Positions 1 to 9,270 of a stretch of 64,000 nucleotides of DNA are shown piece after piece. The notes below the pieces were generated by a model. It was not told the origin of the DNA, searched no databases, and was given only the letters and a program-made list of their open reading frames with translations. The first letter of the stretch is position 1. The number at the start of each line of letters is the position of its first letter. The position numbers and the translations under genes were made by a program. Source of the stretch: an uncultured virus (IMG/VR IMGVR_UViG_3300047440_000469) (lineage: Duplodnaviria; Heunggongvirae; Uroviricota; Caudoviricetes); the IMG/VR virus record IMGVR_UViG_3300047440_000469; one strand, 5' to 3'.

Positions 1-6
1 GGAGGG

Positions 7-166
7 GGCAACGACTGGCGCAGTCAGTTGCGCAGGCCGCATCCTGCACCCTGACTGCGCCAACTTGCGCCAGTCGCGCGTCAGACGGCAACGACTGGCG
101 CAGTCAGTTGCGCAGGCCGCATCCTGCACCCTGACTGCGCCAACTTGCGCCAGTCGCGCGTCAGAC
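7..166. repeat. Perfect 80-bp tandem duplication (7-86, 87-166) with internal inverted repeats; candidate replication origin region
   Basis: GGCAACGACTGGCGCAGTCAG...CAGTCGCGCGTCAGAC occurs twice; TGGCGCAGTCAG/CTGACTGCGCCA and GACTGGCGCA/TGCGCCAGTC are inverted pairs; lies directly downstream of the helicase gene. Confidence 0.85.
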
Positions 167-1468
167 ATCTTGCTCGTCGTCCCCATCATCGGCCAGTGAA
201 CTGCTACCACCCGCGGTGCGATCGGAGCACACGTAAAACAGACGCTGCTTGCGCAATTTCCCGTCATAGCGTTGCTCCTTTTTGAATACGTTGTTCTTAA
301 TCCACGTGCCGATGATTGTATTCATGCGGATTGCGGATCCGCGTTGACTTGGATCGATTCCGAGCTTCTCGGCGAGCGGAATGCCGAGCCAGTCAGGCGA
401 ACGCGAATCGGCGCGCAAGGGATTGCCCTCGCCCTCGCGTTCGCGAACGAGCGTCTGGACCCAGGTCACGGTTTCAGCCGACATGCCGTCGAAGGCCTTG
501 GGAAATTCCCAATGGGTGATCGCCTGGACGTTGTCGCCGTTGGGCAGGTGCGTCGACACGATGCGAAACCACTCGGCCACCTCGGGCGGCGCCATGTTTC
601 GTTTGCCGAGATCGATGCGGATATACAGGTGCCGGCTTTTTGTTTCTATTTTCGCCTGTTCGGCCTCAACCGACGACATCCTGTTTATGACGCGGCACGA
701 GCGGACCGCGTTAACTATCGCGCTGCCGCCGCGGGTATCATCGACGGTCAGCTCGACTTGTCCCTGCGCAGGTTTTCGAACATGGTGGCTTATTTCAATG
801 CAGCAATTTTGCCGTTGGGAAATGCCGCCGAGTCGCTTTACGATCGCATCAATTGCGTTGTTGTCGACTTCCGACACGCTGTGAAATCCGACGAAGGGAT
901 CGAGCACGGCGACGTCGATCTGATCGGTAACGATGGCAGTTTCAAAAGCCCTTACCGCCTCCTCGTTAAACTCAACCGTCGCATTTCGCCGGCTTTTTCC
1001 GATCGAAAACGGAAAACTTTCCCGATCGTCGACATAAAGTCGGCCGTCAAGCGCCGATAAATCGATACCGTGCTGCTGGCAATGCGCCGCGATCCGCCGG
1101 TCAACTTCGACCTTCGGGTCTTCACCCGAGAGATACCAGACGCGCAAGCCGTTCACTGCCATGGCGATGCACTCGAATAGCGCCAGCGTCGTCTTGCCGT
1201 GCCCGCCAGGCGCGACCGTCGCGGTGACGACGCCGCGGACATAGTGCCCTCCATAGAGCCAGGCGCGCCGCGGAATGGTTGCCGGGTCGGGAGCCTCATA
1301 GAGCGTCGCACGGGATGGCCCGTGATAATGCTGGCCGTTGATCCCGTTGAGTTTCGCCTCTCCTTCGGTGCGATTGCGGGCGCGCGTCGACCCGGCGTCC
1401 CATTGCGCCCGCAAGGCGTCGCCGCCTTCGGTTCGCAAAACGTCATCCGGGTCGGTACGACGCACCAC
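161..1468 (-). CDS. RepA/AAA_25-family replicative helicase
   Basis: Walker A APGGHGKTT, Walker B VAVLDP, HHVRK and RGGSA motifs. Confidence 0.9.
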   Translation of the reverse strand: MVRRTDPDDVLRTEGGDALRAQWDAGSTRARNRTEGEAKLNGINGQHYHGPSRATLYEAPDPATIPRRAWLYGGHYVRGVVTATVAPGGHGKTTLALFECIAMAVNGLRVWYLSGEDPKVEVDRRIAAHCQQHGIDLSALDGRLYVDDRESFPFSIGKSRRNATVEFNEEAVRAFETAIVTDQIDVAVLDPFVGFHSVSEVDNNAIDAIVKRLGGISQRQNCCIEISHHVRKPAQGQVELTVDDTRGGSAIVNAVRSCRVINRMSSVEAEQAKIETKSRHLYIRIDLGKRNMAPPEVAEWFRIVSTHLPNGDNVQAITHWEFPKAFDGMSAETVTWVQTLVREREGEGNPLRADSRSPDWLGIPLAEKLGIDPSQRGSAIRMNTIIGTWIKNNVFKKEQRYDGKLRKQRLFYVCSDRTAGGSSSLADDGDDEQDV

Positions 1469-1480
1469 ATGGCCACCTGT

Positions 1481-2347
1481 TCAGGGTAATTCGACATCAC
1501 AGTAAATCTTGCGCCTGCGTACCGCCTTGGCGAGCGTCAAGGCGTGCAGGTCGCCATCCTTGTCGCCATCGGAGAACACGGTCACGCAATCGACGTAGGC
1601 CGGTATCGCGTCCGCGAGCGCCGGCATGCGCGAGGCGCTCCCGGCAACCCACACGCCGAGGCCCGTCTCAGACAACAGCGCGAGCCCCTTCTCAATGCCC
1701 TCGACCACGACCAGGCCAAGGAGATCGTTCGGCGGCGCCAGTACGATCGGCGAGCCGGCCGAGTGCCCGACCATGATCTTGTCATTTTCGGTGCCGGCCT
1801 TACGCACACTGTCGGCCGAGAGGCGCGTGACATGCACGCCCACCACGTTGGCCTGGCGAATCGAGATGACGCCAGGCTCGACCTCGTCGGGAAGGCCAAA
1901 CGCCGCGATCATTGCCGGACCGTGATCGCGTCGCGCCGGCAGGAAGGCGAGCGTCGGCGGGATCGGCCCGGCATAGCCGCGCGTCTCGCGCAAGTAACGC
2001 TCGCCTGGCGAACCCGGCAGCGTATTGCGCCGGCTCCATAGGAATTGCGCAACGCCGAGGCGCTGCTTGCGTGCCTCAATCTCGCGCTCGCGCGCCGCGC
2101 GCTTAACGCGCTCGTGCTCGGCCGGGTCGATCTTGCGCGCCGCCTTGTCCCGGCTATGGCCGCTGATGCCGCACCGCTCGCAATGCCACGAGGCAAAATG
2201 AGGATCCGGACGCCATACCCTCATGACCTTGCGGCGCCGGTTGAGCGCGTGCCGTCGATCCGGTCCGCAGAACGGACAGGCGACGTCGAACACGCCAATG
2301 CCGCGGCATATGCGATCGATATCGGCAAGAGCGAGCTGCTGCATCAT
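1481..2347 (-). CDS. Zn-finger plus TOPRIM primase-like protein
   Basis: CPFC...CERC Zn finger, YLRETRG, VVEGIE and DGDKDG TOPRIM motifs. Confidence 0.85.
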   Translation of the reverse strand: MMQQLALADIDRICRGIGVFDVACPFCGPDRRHALNRRRKVMRVWRPDPHFASWHCERCGISGHSRDKAARKIDPAEHERVKRAAREREIEARKQRLGVAQFLWSRRNTLPGSPGERYLRETRGYAGPIPPTLAFLPARRDHGPAMIAAFGLPDEVEPGVISIRQANVVGVHVTRLSADSVRKAGTENDKIMVGHSAGSPIVLAPPNDLLGLVVVEGIEKGLALLSETGLGVWVAGSASRMPALADAIPAYVDCVTVFSDGDKDGDLHALTLAKAVRRRKIYCDVELP

Positions 2348-3834
2348 GCCGACGCCTCCGCGGGCATGCCGTTATGCTCGACACCGTCGAGGAGGCGGCC
2401 GGCGGCTTTCTTGCCGACGCCAATCATCTGGCAGCCGTCCAGCAAATCAATCTGTCGCGCTCTTTCGTTTGCGGCGATGATGAAAGGCGCGAAATGCCCC
2501 CATTGTTTGAAAAAAAACGGCACGTTGGCGCCTGCACAATCGTCCCTAATCTGACGCGGCCAGTCGGGATGCATCGGCCTGGCGTTCGGCCCGCTCTCGC
2601 CGCCGACGATGACCTGGGCGAGCTTGCCGCAATCTTTGTAAGTCGGGTCGATTGCGACGTATCGATCGCCCGCATCGACGACGCCGACCTCACACATTCC
2701 CACAAGCGCGTCGTAAAGCGTGTCGCCGGAAAAGAGGTGGGTGAGGTCGATCGGCCCGAGCAGCGGCTCGAGCGAGACGAAGCGTACTGCGGCCGGAGTC
2801 GTCAGAAGATGAGGAATGCGCTCGTTGGCTCTAGCTTGATCTTCTGCGCTCACGCCAAGCCACACATTAGGGAGGGGCCATGGGATAGCGTCGGCCCACA
2901 CCTTTCTGTCTTTAATCATACTAACAAGAGAACGAGAAATGCCGTATCTGTCTGCAATGCTTTGTTGAGTTTCGCCGCTCGCGCAGGCCTTTCGAATGTC
3001 TACGGCCTGCTCACGAGTAATTTTTGCAGGGCCACCATTCGCCCCATGACGAACTTTTTCCTGTTGATTGTCCGCGCGAGTTCCCCAACGAAGGTTGGCC
3101 AACCTGTTGTCGCGCCGATTGCCGTTGCGATGGCACACCTCTTCACCATCTATCGGCAACCCTCCATGTGCCAATGCGACTGCCCTGTGCACCCAAATCG
3201 TTGTTGGCTCATTGTTTTTCCAGAGAGTTATTGAAGCACGATCAAAGCGTTTATTAATTTGTTCCTGCAAAATAGTCGTTCCGCGCCTAATTCGACCGTA
3301 TGAGGACGCTTCATAATCAGTAAAATCAGGAATCGGACGCCAATTCTCTAGTTGAGTATGTTCCAGCTCGACAGTAATCGCATCTATGGCGCGCGCGATT
3401 CGATGGGTGACATCTGGAGACGAACAATAAGCGCGCATGCGCCCCGCTCTTTTTGTCAGGCATTGAAATGTGTGTTGAGGTGCCATCGCCATTATGGCGA
3501 ACACGCTATCAATCACTCGGTCAGGCAACGCGTGATGGAAGAGATCGCCATGCGCGGCGACAAAGATCAAGCGCGGGCGCTGCCAGCGCATCGGCTGGTC
3601 GAGCCACTGCTCGTTAAACCGCACCTCGCCCGTCCACACCGGGCCGGCGTTGCTCTCCTGCGTCAGACCGCGGCGCGACGGGTGGTGCCGCAAGCGCGTG
3701 CCGGCGAGCTTCATCGCATAACAATTCGTGCAGCCAGGCGAGAGCACGCTGCAGCCGGTAACGACATTCCAGGTCGCCCCTTTGCGGCCGTCGGCGCCGC
3801 GGCACCATTCGATTGTTGTGCCGTCAGCCATCAT
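2344..3834 (-). CDS. Gp37Gp68/DUF5131-family protein with an in-frame NUMOD4-HNH-HTH insertion
   Basis: WNVVTGCSVLSPGCTNCYA, FQCLTKR, PNVWLGVSAEDQ, VGGESGPNARP, FFFKQWG; insert ENWRPIP...HRNGNRRDNRLANLRWGT. Confidence 0.9.
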   Translation of the reverse strand: MMADGTTIEWCRGADGRKGATWNVVTGCSVLSPGCTNCYAMKLAGTRLRHHPSRRGLTQESNAGPVWTGEVRFNEQWLDQPMRWQRPRLIFVAAHGDLFHHALPDRVIDSVFAIMAMAPQHTFQCLTKRAGRMRAYCSSPDVTHRIARAIDAITVELEHTQLENWRPIPDFTDYEASSYGRIRRGTTILQEQINKRFDRASITLWKNNEPTTIWVHRAVALAHGGLPIDGEEVCHRNGNRRDNRLANLRWGTRADNQQEKVRHGANGGPAKITREQAVDIRKACASGETQQSIADRYGISRSLVSMIKDRKVWADAIPWPLPNVWLGVSAEDQARANERIPHLLTTPAAVRFVSLEPLLGPIDLTHLFSGDTLYDALVGMCEVGVVDAGDRYVAIDPTYKDCGKLAQVIVGGESGPNARPMHPDWPRQIRDDCAGANVPFFFKQWGHFAPFIIAANERARQIDLLDGCQMIGVGKKAAGRLLDGVEHNGMPAEASA

Positions 3835-4190
3835 GCGCTCCCTATCGGCAAGGCGTTGGCGAGCGCGTCGGCGAGGTGCGCGTCTTTGTCATGCACGAAC
3901 GGCTCGTCGGATAGCTCGTCGAACGGCATGCGGCCGTCGTCGGCCGGATAGCCGCGGCAGACAAACCGGAGTTGCTTGGAATCGTCCTGCCAGGCAGCGG
4001 TGCAAGGATCGCACAACACCGCATAGGCGCCGTCGTTCGGCAGATTGCACAAGACGCAGCCCCAGCCGTGCCCCGGCACAGCGCAACGCTGGTCGAGCAT
4101 GACGACCGCACACACGCCCTCCGTCGTCTCACAGATGCAGCACGGGCCGAGGAGCGGCACAAAATCCACGGCGAAGGTTTGCTCTGTCAT
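3831..4190 (-). CDS. Cys-rich hypothetical phage protein
   Basis: Several CxxC pairs; ATGA overlaps with both neighbours. Confidence 0.7.
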   Translation of the reverse strand: MTEQTFAVDFVPLLGPCCICETTEGVCAVVMLDQRCAVPGHGWGCVLCNLPNDGAYAVLCDPCTAAWQDDSKQLRFVCRGYPADDGRMPFDELSDEPFVHDKDAHLADALANALPIGSA

Positions 4191-4516
4191 GCCGCTGCCT
4201 CCTGCACATGCACTGCGGGCTCGATCGAGTATTTTGACCTGCCGCAGGCGGTGTGGCGGACGATGGTGAGGCCGATGCACGCCAACGGCGCTTTCATCAT
4301 CGACATCCTCACCCGGACAGCATCGTCGAAGAATAGCGGGCCGCCGTCCGTCCTATTGCGATAAACCAGGCTGGCCAATTCGCGCGCCGTCCGCGGTCCG
4401 GCGCAGATCAGCGCTTCCACGATCCCGAAAGCCACCGGAGAGAAGACGAAGCCGGCGCCGCCGCGGCCGACAAATCGGCGCCGCCGGTCGATCGTGATGT
4501 CGCCCCAGCGGATCAT
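4187..4516 (-). CDS. Winged-helix (OmpR C-terminal-like) DNA-binding protein
   Basis: WGDITID...ELASLVY...VRVRMS...GRSKY resembles an OmpR effector domain. Confidence 0.6.
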   Translation of the reverse strand: MIRWGDITIDRRRRFVGRGGAGFVFSPVAFGIVEALICAGPRTARELASLVYRNRTDGGPLFFDDAVRVRMSMMKAPLACIGLTIVRHTACGRSKYSIEPAVHVQEAAA

Positions 4517-4950
4517 GCTGAGGCCTCCTGCAAACCAAATTCGGCAGCGTCGAGCGACCATTTCAAATCGGCAAAGCGCTCCTTATGGGCTTCGCTCAAT
4601 GTCTCGAAGTATCGATCGCGCTCCACCCAGGATGTCGCAGCGCGCAAGTCGGACTCGATCCAGGAAGCGAAATCGCCGCCATCCTCTGCCGGCCCCAGCA
4701 GCTGCCCGATCCGCGCCTCAATGCGGCGCTGGGCGCCTAGCATCGGCCGTTGCAGTTCCGGACTGCGCAAATAGGCTTCGATCGCTTTGCCCTTGCGGCG
4801 CCAATCATCAGCGGTGCCGATATCGGCGACATTGGGAATCGCCATGATGACGTCGGTCTCGATTTTTTCGATTTGAACCGCCGTCAGAGGCTCTCCAGGC
4901 CGCGGGATCACCGGCAATGCGGCATGCTTGATGGGAATAATCGCGCTCAT
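4513..4950 (-). CDS. Hypothetical phage protein
   Basis: ATGA-coupled within the early operon. Confidence 0.65.
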   Translation of the reverse strand: MSAIIPIKHAALPVIPRPGEPLTAVQIEKIETDVIMAIPNVADIGTADDWRRKGKAIEAYLRSPELQRPMLGAQRRIEARIGQLLGPAEDGGDFASWIESDLRAATSWVERDRYFETLSEAHKERFADLKWSLDAAEFGLQEASA

Positions 4951-5264
4951 GCGACGCCCTCCCGCAGTTGCACAGCGCGGCGTTTTTCATTACAAAGAAA
5001 GGCATGACCGACGATCTCGTGCTGTCCATTCTGAGGACGATCCAGGAGAGCCTTGCGGCCCTTGACCGCAAGGTCACGGATCTCGACCGCAAGGTGACGA
5101 TGCAGGGGCGCGACCTCGCCATCGTCATGCAGGACATGCGGATGATCCGCGCGACCATCCACGACATGGGCGAGACCCGGGTGACCGAGGGCGAGGTTGC
5201 AGTGCTGCACGAAGACGTCACCCGGATGCAGCAGCGCCTGTCCGATTGAGCTGACTGATTTCAT
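4947..5264 (-). CDS. Possible hypothetical ORF antisense to 5004-5249
   Basis: ATGA overlaps at both ends, but the protein looks like a shadow ORF. Confidence 0.35.
   Translation of the reverse strand: MKSVSSIGQALLHPGDVFVQHCNLALGHPGLAHVVDGRADHPHVLHDDGEVAPLHRHLAVEIRDLAVKGRKALLDRPQNGQHEIVGHAFLCNEKRRAVQLREGVA
5004..5249 (+). CDS. Small coiled-coil protein antisense to the early operon
   Basis: AAGAAAGG upstream of ATG; heptad pattern LAALDRKVTDLDRKV. Confidence 0.6.
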   Translation: MTDDLVLSILRTIQESLAALDRKVTDLDRKVTMQGRDLAIVMQDMRMIRATIHDMGETRVTEGEVAVLHEDVTRMQQRLSD

Positions 5265-6682
5265 GCCGTGCCCCTGTTGGTCGACATCTCGACGAGGCGC
5301 GCGAGGCCGGCCTGGGCGGCAATGTCGGCCATGATCGCAGATACGCAGGCTTTCATCTTTGCGACGGACACCGCGTTGCCGATCTGCTTGATCTTTTCGG
5401 TCTTGGTGCCGGCGAATTCGTATCCCTGCTCGATGCTGTTGAAGCCCATCGCCGCAGCAAGTTCGTGCGGTTCGAGCATCCGGAAGAGGATGTCATAGCT
5501 CGCCGTGCCTTCGACGAGCGCCTGCTCGCCACGATGCGCCGTAGTCAGTGTGGGGAGCGGCTCTCCGAGATCGCGGGCGCGGTTCGATCCATCAGCGTGC
5601 GTGATCGGAACAACCATGCCGAACCGCGCCTTCGACGTGACGGTCGGCAACGGATTATCGGCGCTCTGGCAAGTATCGCCCGATCCCGATCCATAGTAGG
5701 GCGAGATCAACGCATGCGACGATCCATTGCCTCCGGTCGTCGCTGTCGGAATCGGCTCGCCGACGGAACGCGGCGTACCGCCCGAGGCCTGAGACAGGAT
5801 GAACGGCTGCGCCAACCCGATATGATTACCGTTGGCGGCGATTGTCGGCAGTGGCTCGTCGAGGCTCTGCCCGGCCATGTGGTTGCGCAGGATAACCAGA
5901 TACGGTGCCGGCCAGTTAAATTTCTGCGCGCCGGCATAGATGCGCGCCAGCGTCTTCGGCGCCAAGGGTTTCTTGCGGTCGAAGATCGACCGGCCTTTGA
6001 TCGACCAGTCAATGATTTCCCGCGCCGGCCGCCACGGTTTGATGCCGGGAAACAGGGCAAGACCGTCAGGCTTGCGGGTATGGGTCGGCATCGGCCAAGA
6101 GACCGGTTTGCGGTCGCTCCTGGCCATCAGGATGAAACGCTGCCGGGTGGTGGCATCGCCATAGTCGGCGGCATTCAGCCGCCGCCATTGCGGATCGAAA
6201 CCCAGGCGCCGGATCGTTTCGATCCAAGCATGGAAGTACTCGCCCTTGCGAGATTTGATTACTTTGCCGGTGCGCGGGTCGACGGGGCCCCAGCCGATGA
6301 ACTCCCACACGTTCTCAACGATGATCCGCTTGACGCGGAGTTCGGTCAGCCAGGTAATGATGTGCCACGGATCGGAGCGCTGCTGGTCGGACGTAGGCTT
6401 GCCCCCGCGCGCCACAGAATGATGCGTGCAGGCGGGCGAAGCCATCAACAGGTCGAGGTATCCCTCCGGCACGATCAGATGGGGACGGACCGCCGAAATA
6501 TCCTGGACGTAGTGCCGCGCCTCCGGATGGTTCTTCCGGTGTGTCTCCATCGCGACCGGCCAATGATTGACGCAAACAAGCTCCATTTCGAGGCCAAGGT
6601 CGCGTATTGCGCGGGCGCAGCCGGTTGACGAGCCGCCGGCGCCGCAAAGCAGGTCAGCCACGAGAACTTTGCGGCGTTTCAT
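5261..6682 (-). CDS. DNA (cytosine-5) methyltransferase
   Basis: DLLCGAGG, SPAC, ENV, QRFIL and QIGNAV motifs; repeated PLPT segments; ATG at 6682 overlaps the upstream stop. Confidence 0.92.
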   Translation of the reverse strand: MKRRKVLVADLLCGAGGSSTGCARAIRDLGLEMELVCVNHWPVAMETHRKNHPEARHYVQDISAVRPHLIVPEGYLDLLMASPACTHHSVARGGKPTSDQQRSDPWHIITWLTELRVKRIIVENVWEFIGWGPVDPRTGKVIKSRKGEYFHAWIETIRRLGFDPQWRRLNAADYGDATTRQRFILMARSDRKPVSWPMPTHTRKPDGLALFPGIKPWRPAREIIDWSIKGRSIFDRKKPLAPKTLARIYAGAQKFNWPAPYLVILRNHMAGQSLDEPLPTIAANGNHIGLAQPFILSQASGGTPRSVGEPIPTATTGGNGSSHALISPYYGSGSGDTCQSADNPLPTVTSKARFGMVVPITHADGSNRARDLGEPLPTLTTAHRGEQALVEGTASYDILFRMLEPHELAAAMGFNSIEQGYEFAGTKTEKIKQIGNAVSVAKMKACVSAIMADIAAQAGLARLVEMSTNRGTA

Positions 6683-7230
6683 GCCGCCCCCCTCTTGAGA
6701 AACAGCGGCTCGAACCGGTGCGCCTGGCGCGGGGCGACCTGGGAACATGCCCATAGCCACTGCATCGCGGCCTCGGCGGCGTCGTGGTTGGGCGGCTTCC
6801 AGCCGAGCTGGGTGGCGATTTCGACGGATCGCTGCTTGGCGAGCTTGCCTTTCATGCGGCCGTTGCCGAGGCAGAAGGCGCGCCAGGTCGCAATCGGCGC
6901 CCGCAGAATCGGGATGCCCTTGTTGCGGGCGACGGCGCCGCAGACCGCGTAAATGCCGCACTGGATCGTCTTGTCGTATTGCGGCACCAGGCCCTCGATC
7001 ACCATGAGGCCGATCGGGCGGCCCGCCTCATGGGCCGCATTGAAGCGCCGGATGATCCACAGTTGCGCACGCGCCCAGATGTCGAACTCGTCGTCGAGCT
7101 CGCGGCCGAAATCGACGGCCTCGAGGACCGGCGAGCCGCCGGGCTCGCCCTCGCAAACGCCGGTGCACGTCGCGGAATCGAGCGCGAGGATTTGACCGCC
7201 CTTGTAGGTGACGCGCGCCATCAGCCTCAC
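6679..7230 (-). CDS. RuvC-like Holliday junction resolvase
   Basis: ILALDSATCTG, VIEG, HDAAEA acidic motifs. Confidence 0.75.
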   Translation of the reverse strand: MRLMARVTYKGGQILALDSATCTGVCEGEPGGSPVLEAVDFGRELDDEFDIWARAQLWIIRRFNAAHEAGRPIGLMVIEGLVPQYDKTIQCGIYAVCGAVARNKGIPILRAPIATWRAFCLGNGRMKGKLAKQRSVEIATQLGWKPPNHDAAEAAMQWLWACSQVAPRQAHRFEPLFLKRGAA

Positions 7231-7372
7231 CCGCTGTTGCGAGTTGCATCGTCTTGGGGATGGTGCGGGGTGCGACCTGTAGCCTGCTCAAAACCTGCTT
7301 TTCAGCAGAGGCAGCGCCCTATAGCGCTGCACCGGGGACCTCGCGAGTCTTACCGGACACCCCTCTCAGAAT

Positions 7373-7840
7373 TCAGTGCGTGAGCCCGTCGACGAGTTCG
7401 CTCGGCTGCTCCCGGCCGCGCCCGATGCGCGTCAGGTTCGCCTCGTCGGGTCGCATGGCCTCGGCCCGCTCGCGGGCGTGATCGCCCATCGGCGTGCCCT
7501 TGAAGGCCTCGGCGTTCGCGCACAGCGCGTCGTATTGGGACTGCTCGTCGATATCGAACTCGGCAGGGATGGCCGCGATCTTCGCCTCGAGGCGGCGGCG
7601 CTTCACGTGGCCTTTCAGCGACTTGACATTGAGGCCCGCGCCTTTGGCCTCTGAATAAACTTCCTTGATGTCGTCAGCTATTCGCCGACACCGCGCCATC
7701 GACTCCCCGCGCTCGCTGTCGCGGTCGGCTATCAGGTTTTCGATCCGCTTTATGAATGGAGCGGCCCTTTCCACGATCGGATTTACGGCCACGCCCCCCT
7801 CTGCCCACTCCCCGGTGCTTTGACGCGGTCTTCTCGCCAT
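7373..7840 (-). CDS. GapR/DUF2312-like nucleoid-associated protein
   Basis: FIKRIENL...IADDIKEVYSEAKGAGLNVK; GGAGG SD before ATG at 7840. Confidence 0.8.
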   Translation of the reverse strand: MARRPRQSTGEWAEGGVAVNPIVERAAPFIKRIENLIADRDSERGESMARCRRIADDIKEVYSEAKGAGLNVKSLKGHVKRRRLEAKIAAIPAEFDIDEQSQYDALCANAEAFKGTPMGDHARERAEAMRPDEANLTRIGRGREQPSELVDGLTH

Positions 7841-8312
7841 GGGATTCCTCCGATTTCGGGTTGTGGATAAGATCGTCGAGCCTGCGGATCGCAAGGTCGA
7901 GGTCGGCGTCGGCCTTGCCGACGAGCAGCTTTGACAGCGTTGCCCGGTCGAGCCCGCTCTCGGCGCAAAGAGCGAGAAAATACGCTCGCTTGGCAGAGAG
8001 GTGCGACGATCGCCGCGCGCCCGGCTGCACGATGATGGCCGAATTTTCCGCAGTGGCGATGCGCAGCCGCGGCCACGGTTTCATCGCCTCGAATTCGTCC
8101 AGTTTCCGCATGGCGCGGTCGTAGCTGGTGAACTTCATATCGGCGCCAGCTTTGGCGCGGTGTTTCAGCCAGGAGGCGGAGTTGGACAGGACCCAGGACA
8201 GAATGGTCATGGGGGTGCCGGTCCGTTCGCAATAGACCTCGCATCGGCGCATGAACGCGACGCGCAGCGATTCAGCGGTAACCCAATCGGGTCTGGAAGC
8301 GGACCTTTGCAT
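7674..8312 (-). CDS. Cro-like regulator, apparently two tandem HTH-like units
   Basis: Divergent from CI; two similar segments (CEVYCERTG..LS..YDRAMRKLDE and CAESG..LS..LDLAIRRLDD); 3' end overlaps the GapR-like gene. Confidence 0.5.
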   Translation of the reverse strand: MQRSASRPDWVTAESLRVAFMRRCEVYCERTGTPMTILSWVLSNSASWLKHRAKAGADMKFTSYDRAMRKLDEFEAMKPWPRLRIATAENSAIIVQPGARRSSHLSAKRAYFLALCAESGLDRATLSKLLVGKADADLDLAIRRLDDLIHNPKSEESHGEKTASKHRGVGRGGRGRKSDRGKGRSIHKADRKPDSRPRQRARGVDGAVSANS

Positions 8313-8523
8313 TTGAATAGAATGGACCGATTTTTGAGCGGAACGCAAGCCCCTTTCCGCTGGCAATTTTACCATTCACAACCGCAAGGGCCTTCCGTCC
8401 GCTTGCAAAAATGCATATTTTTCTTTAGACGAAAAAACATTGCATGAGAAAAACAGCAACAGCAAAAGGGCTCGACACTTGATTCCGCACGATAATCCGT
8501 CCTGCGATGAGACCTTCGGCGAG

Positions 8524-9270
8524 ATGGGCAAGCAACCAACAAAACGCCCGCGCGGTGGACCTCCGGTTGCTGAGGAATTCCTGGGGCAACTTGCTCAGCG
8601 GATCAATGAACGCCTCGGGCAGCTCGACCTCACCCCGGCGCAGGTTGTAAAGATCACCGGGATCGGCACAAGTACAATTTACAATATCCTGCGCGGCGAA
8701 CAGTCAAACCCGCAGCTGTCGGTCCTGATGGCAATATCAAATGCTTTAGACGTGCCGCTTGCATGGCTGGTGGGCGCTACTGATACATTCAAATCGGAGC
8801 GGCGAGAAAGTGCGGCCACAGTGCCAGTCGTGGGAACGGCTGATGCTGGCGCCTATCGGGTAGCCATGACCAGCGGACCTCAGCAGCATGTACGCGACAT
8901 CCCCCCGACCAACGAACGCCTCATTGCGGCGAAGCGTTATGCCATCGAAGTGCGCGACAACCATCTCGAAGGCCTGACGCCCCCGGTCACGCCCGGCCAC
9001 ATGGCCTATTATGTCGACTTCCAGGACATCGATGCCGACATCGAGTCGGATCGCATCTATTTGCTCTATCGCAAAAACGAGACGGGCCAGGTCCAGACCG
9101 CCTTCTGGCAGGCGACCGTCTACAGAGACCGGGTGCGTTTTGCGCCGGTCAGCAGAAGCGAGGACTATAACTCTCGCATGGCATTCACGGTCCTGCGCAG
9201 GGATTTGCATGCCTCCGAAGCGGTTACAATCGGCGGCTTATTCTATGCCGCCACTTACGAATACGCATGA
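8524..9270 (+). CDS. CI-like repressor (XRE HTH plus degenerate S24-like domain)
   Basis: HTH LTPAQVVKITGIGTSTIYNILRGEQSNPQL; VPVVGTADAG; YAIEVRD. Confidence 0.85.
   Translation: MGKQPTKRPRGGPPVAEEFLGQLAQRINERLGQLDLTPAQVVKITGIGTSTIYNILRGEQSNPQLSVLMAISNALDVPLAWLVGATDTFKSERRESAATVPVVGTADAGAYRVAMTSGPQQHVRDIPPTNERLIAAKRYAIEVRDNHLEGLTPPVTPGHMAYYVDFQDIDADIESDRIYLLYRKNETGQVQTAFWQATVYRDRVRFAPVSRSEDYNSRMAFTVLRRDLHASEAVTIGGLFYAATYEYA

Noticed and set aside
7..166. CRISPR array
   Set aside because: Two directly abutting copies with no spacers; no cas genes in the window.
2896..3348. Intein in DUF5131
   Set aside because: No N-terminal Cys/Ser block or His-Asn-(Cys/Ser/Thr) junction visible.
7283..7370. 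ncRNA between the GapR-like and RuvC-like genes
   Set aside because: Several short hairpins, but no recognisable family or terminator; may be ordinary GC-rich folding.
8313..8523. CI/Cro operator sites
   Set aside because: AT-rich, with TTT(A)CCATT-like words also near 9460-9500, but I could not define a convincing repeated palindrome.
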